From: Bacteroidales bacterium
GTDB taxonomy: Bacteria; Bacteroidota; Bacteroidia; Bacteroidales; WCHB1-69
Length of the DNA: 64,000 bases
Direction: 5' to 3'
Assembly (NCBI GenBank): GCA_017551725.1
Contig: JAFZKY010000014.1
Location: 2,721-66,720, forward strand
Within the stretch, counting starts at the first letter, position 1. Each line of letters starts with the position of its first letter. Shown piece after piece: positions 55,949 through 64,000 of the stretch. A program made the translations under genes and the position numbers. The notes below the pieces were generated by a model. It was not told where the DNA came from. It searched no databases and saw only the letters and a list, made by a program, of their open reading frames with translations.

Positions 55949-57175
55949 ATGATCACTGAAACTCCCGTATTGCTGCTCACCGGATACTTAGGCAGCGGCA
56001 AGACCACATTAGTCAACCGAATACTCTCCAACCGGCGGGGCATCAAATTCGCCGTCATCGTCAACGACCTTGGCGAAATCAACATCGACGCCGACCTGAT
56101 TCAGAAGGGCGGCATTGTAGATCAGAAGGACGACAGTCTGGTGGCCCTGCAAAACGGCTGCATCTGTTGCACGTTGAAGATGAACCTCGTGGAGCAGTTG
56201 CGCGACATCACCCGCCAGCAGCGTTTCGACTACATCGTCATCGAGGCAAGCGGCATCTGCGAGCCCGAACCCATCGCACAGACCATCACCTCCATGCCCC
56301 GCATGGGCTTCGACTTCGAAAAAGAGGGGCTTCCCCGTCTTGACTGCATCGTCACCGTGGTGGATGCCCTGCGGATGCAGAGCGAGTTTGCCTGCGGCGA
56401 CAACCTCGTGCACAAACATATCGAAGAGGACGACATCGAGAACCTCATCATCCAGCAACTGGAGTTCTGCAACATCGTACTGCTCAACAAAGCCTCCGAG
56501 GTAACCTCCGACGAGCTGGGCCGCCTGAAGAGCATCATCCGGGCCATCCAAACCCGTGCGGAAATCATCGAGTGCGACTATGGGGATGTGGAACTTGACA
56601 AGATTCTGCACACCCGCATGTTCGACTACGAGAAGGTGGCCACCTCCGCCGCCTGGATCCAAGGCGTGGAAAAATACCACGACGACGACGAGGATGAGGA
56701 GGAAGATGAACATCATGAACATGAACACGAACATCATCATGAGCATGAGCACGAGGAGGAGCATCATCACCACCATCATCATCACGACCACGATGAAGGC
56801 GAGGCGGAGGAATACGGCATCAGCACATTCGTCTATTACCGACGTCCGCCCCTGAACCTGAGCAAATTCGACGAGTTTGTATCGCGGCTGCCCAAGAGCA
56901 TCATCCGTGCCAAGGGCATCTGCTATTTCAAAAGCGAGCCGGATGCCTGCTATCTCTTCGAGCAGGCCGGCAAGCAGCTGACGCTCCGCGATGTGGGCCT
57001 ATGGTTCGCCACCATGCCCGACAACGAACTCATCGAAATGATGGAGAAGGAGCCGGGGCTGCGCCGCGACTGGGACGATCGCTACGGCGACCGGATGCAG
57101 AAAATCGTCTTCATCGGGCAGAAGATGGACAAAGAGGCGATAACTGCGGCGTTGGATGCCTGTTTAACCGAATAA
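55949..57175 (+). CDS. COG0523 (CobW/ZigA-like) metallochaperone GTPase with long His-rich insert
   Basis: It has P-loop GYLGSGKTT and the CxCC motif (GCICCT). The His/Glu/Asp run is DEHHEHEHEHHHEHEHEEEHHHHHHHHDHDE. Confidence 0.85.
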   Translation: MITETPVLLLTGYLGSGKTTLVNRILSNRRGIKFAVIVNDLGEINIDADLIQKGGIVDQKDDSLVALQNGCICCTLKMNLVEQLRDITRQQRFDYIVIEASGICEPEPIAQTITSMPRMGFDFEKEGLPRLDCIVTVVDALRMQSEFACGDNLVHKHIEEDDIENLIIQQLEFCNIVLLNKASEVTSDELGRLKSIIRAIQTRAEIIECDYGDVELDKILHTRMFDYEKVATSAAWIQGVEKYHDDDEDEEEDEHHEHEHEHHHEHEHEEEHHHHHHHHDHDEGEAEEYGISTFVYYRRPPLNLSKFDEFVSRLPKSIIRAKGICYFKSEPDACYLFEQAGKQLTLRDVGLWFATMPDNELIEMMEKEPGLRRDWDDRYGDRMQKIVFIGQKMDKEAITAALDACLTE

Positions 57176-57196
57176 TCATCAAAAAACAATACACGT

Positions 57197-58897
57197 ATGG
57201 CAATATTATCCAAACAGAATCTAAAAGGCGACATTTTCGGCGGCATCACGGCCGGTGTGGTGGCTCTGCCCTTGGCACTGGCTTTCGGCATCCAGGCCTT
57301 TGGCGGCATTGACGCTCCCGCCGCCAGCTCCATGGGAGCGTTGGCAGGACTTGTCGGGGCGGCGTTCCTCGGCTTCTTCGCCTCCCTGTTCGGGGGCACC
57401 CATTCGCAGATCAGCGGACCCACGGGACCCATGACCGTCATCACGGCGGCACTGGTCAGCGGGGTTTGGGCCTCCCAGCAGTCCATGAGCGCCGTGCTCA
57501 TCAGCATGTCGCTGGCCGGCATCTTCTGCGGTCTCTTCCAGATACTGTTCGGCATCCTGAAAATCGGCAAATATGTGCGCTACATCCCCTACCCCGTCCT
57601 TTCGGGCTTCATGAGCGGCATCGGTGTCATCATCATTTTGCAGCAGCTCTATCCGCTGGTGGGGTTGAAATCGCCCGTGCTGGTGGTGGATATGATCACC
57701 CAGCTGCCGCAACGCATCGCCGGCGGCGTGTCCCTCACCGCCCTGCTGCTCGGCTTGGGCACCATCGCCATCATTTTTCTCTTTCCATTGATAACCAAAA
57801 AGATACCCGCCACTTTGGTGGCCCTGATTGTCATGACGGTGATATCCTTGTTCTGCAACATGGATGAAAAGCTGCTCATCGGTTCCATCCCTTCGGGATT
57901 TCCCATGCCCATCTTCGCCAAAAGCGAAGTGTCGCTGGCGGGCCTCGACTGGGCTGCCATCCTGAAAGCCTCCGTCATCCCCGGGTTGACGTTGGCAGGG
58001 TTGGGCAGCATCGACACGCTGCTCACCTCCGTGGTGGCCGACAACATCACCAAGACGCACCACAACAGCAACCAAGAGCTGGTGGGCCAGGGCATCGGAA
58101 ATATGATTAGCGGTTTGTTCTGCGGCATCGCCGGCGCAGGTGCCACCATGCGTACCGTGGTCAACGTGAAGAGCGGCGGCCGCACTCGTCTCAGCGGCAT
58201 GACGCACTCCATCATCCTGTTCGCCGTGCTGCTCGGTCTGGGCAGCCTCGTGCGCTTCGTGCCCCTCTCCGTGCTGGCGGGCATCCTCATCACCGTGGGC
58301 TGGGGCATCATCGACTTCAAAGGATTCAAAGACCTGCTCAAGATTCCGAAGGCTGATGCCGTCGTGCTTATCATCGTCTTCCTGCTCACCGTCTTCGTGG
58401 ACCTGCTTACCGCCGTTGGCATCGGTATGGTGATCGCCTGCGTGCTCTTCATGAAGCGGGCCAGCGACCTGGTGGAGGGCGGCTACAGCTCCAGCGAGCT
58501 GACCAACTTCGACAAGGAGAGTCCCTGGAGCGACGAAGGCGGCATTCCCGACGAGATGCGCCATCGCATTTACATCCAGCGCCTTAACGGTCCCATCTTC
58601 TTCGGCACCATCACCAAGTTCCAGTCGGTTATGGACGATGTGCCCGCAGATGCCAAGATTGTTATCATCCGCATGAGGCTCGTCAGTTTCATGGACCAGT
58701 CGGGACTTTATGCCATGGAAACCGCCATCAAGGAGATACAGTCGCGTGGCGCGATGGTGCTGATGACCATCATACAGCCGCAGCCGATGTACATGCTCAC
58801 CAAGATGAAAGTGATTCCGGAACTGGTACCCGAAGATCACACCTTCAAAACCTTTGAAGATTGTACGGCCTTCTTGTCCGAATTAAATCACAAATAA
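57197..58897 (+). CDS. SulP-family anion transporter with C-terminal STAS domain
   Basis: The N-terminus (DIFGGITAGVVALPLALAFG) is typical of SulP. A soluble STAS-like domain ends the protein. Confidence 0.9.
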   Translation: MAILSKQNLKGDIFGGITAGVVALPLALAFGIQAFGGIDAPAASSMGALAGLVGAAFLGFFASLFGGTHSQISGPTGPMTVITAALVSGVWASQQSMSAVLISMSLAGIFCGLFQILFGILKIGKYVRYIPYPVLSGFMSGIGVIIILQQLYPLVGLKSPVLVVDMITQLPQRIAGGVSLTALLLGLGTIAIIFLFPLITKKIPATLVALIVMTVISLFCNMDEKLLIGSIPSGFPMPIFAKSEVSLAGLDWAAILKASVIPGLTLAGLGSIDTLLTSVVADNITKTHHNSNQELVGQGIGNMISGLFCGIAGAGATMRTVVNVKSGGRTRLSGMTHSIILFAVLLGLGSLVRFVPLSVLAGILITVGWGIIDFKGFKDLLKIPKADAVVLIIVFLLTVFVDLLTAVGIGMVIACVLFMKRASDLVEGGYSSSELTNFDKESPWSDEGGIPDEMRHRIYIQRLNGPIFFGTITKFQSVMDDVPADAKIVIIRMRLVSFMDQSGLYAMETAIKEIQSRGAMVLMTIIQPQPMYMLTKMKVIPELVPEDHTFKTFEDCTAFLSELNHK

Positions 58898-58903
58898 AAA
58901 AGG

Positions 58904-59608
58904 CTAATTCTTGACGCAGCGGACGGAGCATCCGTAGCATTTGTATTCCATACAGTTATAACTGTCGCTGTTATGGTTGAACACGCCGCACTGCCAGGCA
59001 TGGATTTCGTCGTATGCCGACGAGCTCCAGAAAAACGCCGATGCGCCCACATCCTGCATCCTGTTTTCGGTGTAGAGGCCTGCCGGCAATGCCGAAAAAC
59101 CGTTGTCGTCCGACTTTATCACCAGCGGGGTTCTCCACATCCCCTTTTCACCCTTCATCACGGCTCCGGCCTCACGCGTTCCGCCCAAATGTTTGAGCAG
59201 CACATTCCACTCGTGGCTGGTGGGCAGATGCCATCCCTTTGGACATATTCCGCGATGATGGATGGATGAGGTGTGGGCAAAGCACTCGTTCACCCCCAGG
59301 TCCATGGCCGAGGACCAGTTGTACAGCAAACCGTAGCGGTTGTCTTTCGGCACAGCATAATAGGAAGCGAACATCGGCTCCGAGAACGAATAGCTGGGAT
59401 TTTGGGCCCATGATTTGCCCGTGGGCGAGGTGGTGCAGCGCATATTCTCCGCCATCCAGCACTGGCTTCCGATTTTCACAGTCTGATATACGTTGCCCTG
59501 ATGGTCGCTAACCGTCATGCCACATGCCTCCGGCAACTCTGCCGGCTGTGCAGTAAGTGTTTGTATTCCAAACAATAAGAGCAACAATAAAACCGTATAT
59601 CTTCCCAT
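58904..59608 (-). CDS. Fib_succ_major (FISH) domain protein
   Basis: It has a signal peptide, then KIGSQCWMAENM and GWHLPTSHEW. Confidence 0.7.
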   Translation of the reverse strand: MGRYTVLLLLLLFGIQTLTAQPAELPEACGMTVSDHQGNVYQTVKIGSQCWMAENMRCTTSPTGKSWAQNPSYSFSEPMFASYYAVPKDNRYGLLYNWSSAMDLGVNECFAHTSSIHHRGICPKGWHLPTSHEWNVLLKHLGGTREAGAVMKGEKGMWRTPLVIKSDDNGFSALPAGLYTENRMQDVGASAFFWSSSAYDEIHAWQCGVFNHNSDSYNCMEYKCYGCSVRCVKN

Positions 59609-59707
59609 ATTCAAAAGAGCGGCAAAAGTACAATTATTTTCCACGGCAATTGAGGTTGTTAAAAAAAATGTATTTTTGTAAAATAATAGACATATCCACT
59701 CCTTTCT

Positions 59708-60568
59708 ATGAAACCTCTACACCTCCTTCTCTGCTTTTATCTCTTGTGGCTGACTGGCACCACCAGTTTTGCCCAACGGGATTCCATTCAATTGGTTCAA
59801 GCACTCTGGAGTCACGACACCGTCAGCGGTATAGTATTAAAAACCATACACTTCCAGCATCAGGAATACTTCAACAGCAACCAGTTCATAGCCTTTCTGG
59901 AGATTCCCGGCGACAGTCCACACGGGATAGGATTCGCCTACGACAGCGTTCGGACCAAGACCTCCGTGCTGGCGGAACGCCAAAACGCCATCGCGGCCAT
60001 CAACGGCTCGTTCTTTGATATGGACAAACATAACCCCATCTGTCATCTTCGCATCGACAGCATTGACATAGGCTGCAACGAGCCGGGAAAAGACACCGTG
60101 AACCGCAAATACTATCAATACGGCACGCTGGTGCTGCGCGACGGCCAACCCATCATCCTGCACACCGACAGCAACCGCCTGTGGGAACGGCAATTGCCCT
60201 ACCGCGATATTATGACTGCCGGACCCTTGTTGATTTGGAACGGGCAGAACCAACCCATGCGCAACGACCTTTCTTTTGTAAACAAACGGCATAACCGGAG
60301 CGCCATCGGCATACGCCCCGACGGCACCGTGCTGCTGCTGGTGGTTGATGGGCGCACCCGCGAGTCGGCGGGCATGTCGCTGGACGAGCTCATCAAAACC
60401 CTGCGCTGGCTGGGCTGCCGCGATGCTCTCAACCTTGACGGCGGCGGCTCCACCACCCTGTATGTCAAAGGAAAAGCCCACGGCGGCATCGTCAATCACC
60501 CCTCCGACAACATTCGCTTCGACCACGCGGGCGAACGGACCGTGTCGAACATCATCATCGTCCGCTAA
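59708..60568 (+). CDS. Phosphodiester glycosidase family protein (DUF2233/NAGPA-like)
   Basis: It has a signal peptide and the blocks INGSFFD, GPLLIWNG and NLDGGGSTTLY. Confidence 0.7.
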   Translation: MKPLHLLLCFYLLWLTGTTSFAQRDSIQLVQALWSHDTVSGIVLKTIHFQHQEYFNSNQFIAFLEIPGDSPHGIGFAYDSVRTKTSVLAERQNAIAAINGSFFDMDKHNPICHLRIDSIDIGCNEPGKDTVNRKYYQYGTLVLRDGQPIILHTDSNRLWERQLPYRDIMTAGPLLIWNGQNQPMRNDLSFVNKRHNRSAIGIRPDGTVLLLVVDGRTRESAGMSLDELIKTLRWLGCRDALNLDGGGSTTLYVKGKAHGGIVNHPSDNIRFDHAGERTVSNIIIVR

Positions 60569-61665
60569 TTGTTCAGGGCATACATCTTGCCGGGCTTGCA
60601 CGTGATCACCCCCTTCAATTCCAAGCCTAACAAAATCCCGGCGATTTTCGACGGCGAACAGCCCGTCATTTTTTCGGAAAGCATATCCAAAGCCATTTCC
60701 CCACCACGCAACGCATCTACCACTGTCTGCTCCTCCTCCGACAACTCAAGGAACAAGGATGTCTGCACCGGACGCGCTGATGGCATGTTCCAATTCATCA
60801 TGTCCAGCAGTTCCGCACCCGATGTGACGATGGCGGCCATGTTCTTGCGTATCAGCTCATGGCATCCGTCGTGACGGCTGTCGAAGATGGAACCCGGCAC
60901 CGCGAAGATGTCGCGATTATAGGAGTGTGCGATGTAGGCGGTGATCATGCTGCCGCCCTTGGCCGCCGTTTCCATGACAAGCACGGCATCGGCCATCCCG
61001 GCGATGATGCGGTTGCGGCGCGGAAAGTTCACCCTGTCGGGGGCGGCTTGGAAATCGTACTCGCTGACCAAAGCTCCGCCACGCTCCACAATCCGGCGGG
61101 CGAGCGCCATGTTCCCCAGCGGGTAGATACGCCCCAGCCCGTTGCCCAGCACGGCAATGGTAGGCAGATCATTCTCCAACGAATGTTGATGCGCCTCCGT
61201 GTCCACCCCGTATGCCAAGCCGCTCACCGTGACCACATCCGAGCCGCGCAGTTCGGACATAATCCTGCGGGTAGCCTCGCGTCCGTAGTCGGACACGTCG
61301 CGCGTGCCCACCACCGCCAGCATACGGGTGCGGTTGAAGAGCGGCTCTCCCTTGTAGAAAAAGGAGAGTGGCGCATCCTGGCAACTCTTCAGCCGAAAAG
61401 GATAGTCGGCATCCAGGCACGAGCACAACCGTATCTGGTACTTTTCCATCTGTCGCAATTCCGTTTCCACCCGTCGGGCCATGTCGGATGTGATTGCCGG
61501 CGGAGGCAGTTTCCGGGTCCTCGCACGCATCTTCGACCGCCACAACTCGGGCTGGGTGAACAAGTTGCCCGCCGACCCCGCCCATCGTAACATCTGCTTC
61601 AAGGTGGCAGTCCCATACCCTTCCAAATGCCGTAACGCCAACCGATAAAAATCTTCCGAATACAT
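60565..61665 (-). CDS. dprA: DNA-processing protein DprA
   Basis: It shows a Rossmann-like block (GLAYGVDTEAH...ALVSEY) and a C-terminal wHTH. Confidence 0.88.
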   Translation of the reverse strand: MYSEDFYRLALRHLEGYGTATLKQMLRWAGSAGNLFTQPELWRSKMRARTRKLPPPAITSDMARRVETELRQMEKYQIRLCSCLDADYPFRLKSCQDAPLSFFYKGEPLFNRTRMLAVVGTRDVSDYGREATRRIMSELRGSDVVTVSGLAYGVDTEAHQHSLENDLPTIAVLGNGLGRIYPLGNMALARRIVERGGALVSEYDFQAAPDRVNFPRRNRIIAGMADAVLVMETAAKGGSMITAYIAHSYNRDIFAVPGSIFDSRHDGCHELIRKNMAAIVTSGAELLDMMNWNMPSARPVQTSLFLELSEEEQTVVDALRGGEMALDMLSEKMTGCSPSKIAGILLGLELKGVITCKPGKMYALNN

Positions 61666-61786
61666 TATTTTTTTTATTTGTCCTAAATACGATTCCGCAT
61701 TTTTTCACGTTATTATAAAAGTCGGCAAAAATAACAATATTTTGTTTTCGATTTAATATTTGATATATAAAAATTTACATAACATT

Positions 61787-62767
61787 ATGAAAAACACCGT
61801 TTACATTCTTTTAGTGGCAGTTGCGCTGCTGTTCGGGGCGTGCAAAAAGAGTTCCACACCGTCTTTCAAGTCCAACAATTTCTCCAACGGCAAGGCCGGG
61901 GAGATGATTTTGGCCATCGACACGGCCTACTGGACGCCGGCAGCCCTCAAATGCATCTACGAGGTCATCCAGCAGCCGCAGCCCGCCATCAACCAGATTC
62001 AGCCGATGTTCGACGTGCTCCAGTGCAGCAACAAGGATCTGGCGGCCTCCTTCTCGCGTCACCGCAACATCGTGCAGTTCGACTACAACCCGAACTACGG
62101 GGGCAACCAGTACGAGCTGAAGGAGAATCCCTACAGCAGTCCTCAAATCCAGGTGGTACTCCGTGGCAACAACCAGGATTCCTGCCTGTCCCTGTTCCTG
62201 CAACACCAGGACGAGATTATCCAGGCTATGTACGACAACGACATCGCGCGCCTGCAAAACGCGCAACGCAACCTCAACAATCCTGTTTTGGAGAAAAAAA
62301 TAAAACAGAAATTCGGCATCTCCATGACCATTCCGGAGCACTATTTCGTGGGACGCGAGGAGCCCGACTTCCTTTGGCTGCTGTACCGCACACCCAAGAA
62401 CGACCGCTTCGTGATGATTTACAAATCAGCGGCCTATCCGCTGATTGCCGAAAAGGTGGTTGACGAGCGCAACCGCATCACCAAAGCTTACATCCAAGGG
62501 GCTGTGCAGGGTGCATACCCCATCGTAGCCGACATAGAGGGACTTCCGCTTTCGCAAGAGTATAAGATACACTATCACAACGGTATAGAGTTGCGAGGAC
62601 TGTGGGCATCCGTGCGCGACAAGATGGGCGGTCCCTTCTACAGTTTCACCATGCTGACCCCCGACCAGGACTCCTGCATCACCATCGACGGCTTCGTTTA
62701 TGCCCCGCAGGAGGAGAAGCGCGACTATCTGCGAGAAGTGGAGGCCATTGTGAAATCCATCAAATAA
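61787..62767 (+). CDS. Lipoprotein, DUF4837-like (tentative)
   Basis: A lipobox-like LLFGAC follows MKNTVYILLVAVA. The family name is from memory only. Confidence 0.55.
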   Translation: MKNTVYILLVAVALLFGACKKSSTPSFKSNNFSNGKAGEMILAIDTAYWTPAALKCIYEVIQQPQPAINQIQPMFDVLQCSNKDLAASFSRHRNIVQFDYNPNYGGNQYELKENPYSSPQIQVVLRGNNQDSCLSLFLQHQDEIIQAMYDNDIARLQNAQRNLNNPVLEKKIKQKFGISMTIPEHYFVGREEPDFLWLLYRTPKNDRFVMIYKSAAYPLIAEKVVDERNRITKAYIQGAVQGAYPIVADIEGLPLSQEYKIHYHNGIELRGLWASVRDKMGGPFYSFTMLTPDQDSCITIDGFVYAPQEEKRDYLREVEAIVKSIK

Positions 62768-62816
62768 AAATTCCCGGTTCTTGTAACGTTTTACTTCCCG
62801 ATTACGACCATACATT

Positions 62817-63371
62817 GTGGCGAAACACATACAGGACATAGAGAAGCTGATTGACGGTTGCCTGCAACAAGACCGAAAAGCCCAATATCGATTGTATGAA
62901 CTTTTTGCTCCCGCCATGTTAGGGGTGTGCTGCCGGTACGCCCCCACCAAGGAGGAAGCGGAAGACATTATGATCGAAGGGTTTGCAAGCGTATTCAGCA
63001 GTCTGTCCTCCTTTCGTCACGAGAGTTCTTTGCCCGTCTGGATTCGAGGAATCATGGTCAAAACCGCCATCAATACCTTCCGTGCGCACAAGAAATTCCT
63101 CATGCACGACGAGATCTCCGAAGCCCAAAACATGCAGACAACCTCCTCCACGGGAGGGGACATTCTGACGAAGTTGGAGGCGCAGCAGGTGCTCGCCCTC
63201 GTGCAGGAGATGCCGGAAGACTGGAGGATCATTTTCAACTTGCGCATCATGGAAGAATACAGTTTCAAGGAGATAGCCGAGGAGCTGGGGCGCAACGAAA
63301 ACACCATCCGGGTTTATTTCCAGCGGGCGAGGGCATGGTTACTCAACAAGATCAACGAACAAGAGCAGTAA
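62817..63371 (+). CDS. ECF-type RNA polymerase sigma-70 factor
   Basis: Region 2 (YRLYELFAP...EDIMIEGF) and region 4 HTH (YSFKEIAEELGRNENTIRVYFQRAR) are present. It uses a GTG start. Confidence 0.85.
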   Translation: MAKHIQDIEKLIDGCLQQDRKAQYRLYELFAPAMLGVCCRYAPTKEEAEDIMIEGFASVFSSLSSFRHESSLPVWIRGIMVKTAINTFRAHKKFLMHDEISEAQNMQTTSSTGGDILTKLEAQQVLALVQEMPEDWRIIFNLRIMEEYSFKEIAEELGRNENTIRVYFQRARAWLLNKINEQEQ

Positions 63372-63377
63372 CGTAGA

Positions 63378-64000
63378 ATGAAGAACATCAAGGACATATT
63401 ATCCACTTACGAGGTCGAGCCGTCGGCCGGTTGCTGGGACAAGCTCAGCCACCGGTTGGACATGGCGGCGGCGCAGGCACCTGCCGAACCGTCGTCAGCG
63501 GCGGCGGGCACGTCTGCCGGCAAAGGATCCGCCCTCCTGCACTCCGTGGGTGCGAAGGTCGCCGCCGCCGTAGCGGGCGCGTTCATCACGGGAGGCGTGG
63601 TCGCGCTTGCCATCCTGCTCCCCAAAACCGCCGACACACCCCAAAACGAGCCCATATCCACTCCCGTTGTACAAGAAGTCTCCGACACACTGGCGGAAAC
63701 ACCGGCCCTCACCGCCGTAGCCGTTGAAAACGACAACAAACCTGCCGCCACCTCCCAGGTCGAGCCAACCATTCCCGTTGCCGAAACTCCAACAAACATC
63801 ACGTCCACCGTTTCATCTTCCGAAAATGATAATCCTGCTCCCGCGCAAAAGTCTGCCACGGTGACAGCCACACCCATTCAGCCTGCCGTTACCCCACGCA
63901 CCATCCAACCCGCACTCTCATCTAATAACACCCTGAGCCAGATGCCATTGCCCAACACCTCCATTTACTCGCAAAACATCCAGGATGACCCGGTCTTGCA
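63378..64000 (+). CDS. Anti-sigma-like single-pass membrane protein (3' end beyond window)
   Basis: The ATG lies 7 nt after the sigma stop. The frame is open to the window edge and is absent from the ORF track because no stop is reached. One TM (AAAVAGAFITGGVVALAILL) is followed by a Pro/Thr/Ala-rich region. Confidence 0.5.
   Translation, partial: MKNIKDILSTYEVEPSAGCWDKLSHRLDMAAAQAPAEPSSAAAGTSAGKGSALLHSVGAKVAAAVAGAFITGGVVALAILLPKTADTPQNEPISTPVVQEVSDTLAETPALTAVAVENDNKPAATSQVEPTIPVAETPTNITSTVSSSENDNPAPAQKSATVTATPIQPAVTPRTIQPALSSNNTLSQMPLPNTSIYSQNIQDDPVL

Noticed and set aside
56686-56808. Highly repetitive GAx/CAy codon tract, considered as a microsatellite or assembly artefact
   Set aside because: It is in frame and encodes the His/Glu/Asp-rich metal-binding insert that is characteristic of COG0523 zinc chaperones.
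57221-58840. 539-aa ORF on the minus strand
   Set aside because: It is antisense to the SulP transporter gene, with low-complexity Gly/His/Asp/Ala content.
59837-61590. Long ORFs antisense to the phosphodiester glycosidase gene (59837-60601, minus) and dprA (60859-61590, plus)
   Set aside because: The partner-strand genes have clear family motifs, and these ORFs have shadow-ORF composition.

Overview
This is a Bacteroidota (Bacteroidales-type) chromosomal window. The assignment rests on TAnnTTTG -7 promoter boxes before many genes, several T9SS C-terminal sorting domains and Fib_succ (FISH) domain paralogs. No rRNA genes or CRISPR arrays were seen.

(i) 1-12.9 kb is GC-rich host DNA. It holds the 3' end of kdgK and a ~10-kb surface-glycan modification locus: a ThDP enzyme, an SDR, two GT2 polyprenyl-phosphate glycosyltransferases each followed by a very large polytopic membrane protein, and one GtrA. 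ispE, yitT and tRNA-Asn follow.

(ii) 12984-37341 is a visibly AT-richer ~24.3-kb genomic island inserted in the 3' half of tRNA-Asn(GTT). It is bounded by 52-bp direct repeats, with a tyrosine integrase at one end and a small excisionase-like gene at the other. Its cargo is defence or conflict type:
- two Dam-family methyltransferases, a serine recombinase plus a duplicated fragment of it, and a WYL regulator
- a PLD nuclease next to a GmrSD-like DUF262/DUF1524 enzyme
- a DEDDh exonuclease, a KAP NTPase and a 23-aa-repeat protein
- a classic AAA+ ATPase and a BacNav-type 6TM channel with a Cav-like TGEDWTD filter
- an AlbA_2/Schlafen-like protein and RmuC

(iii) 37.3-64 kb is host DNA again: CBS protein, LolE-like permease, OMP, pta, atpCD, tRNA-Gly, AAA_14 ATPase, C10 peptidase, guanine deaminase, a GlsB/GlsA-like lipid acyltransferase pair, a PPAD-like T9SS deiminase, a His-rich COG0523 GTPase with SulP, dprA and an ECF sigma with an anti-sigma-like protein.

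The best candidates for something undescribed are inside the island. One is the co-directional block containing the AAA+ ATPase, small proteins and the Cav-like voltage-gated channel. The other is a ~25-60 nt conserved leader shared by three unrelated small genes. All functional calls come from motif recognition by eye, with no database search.
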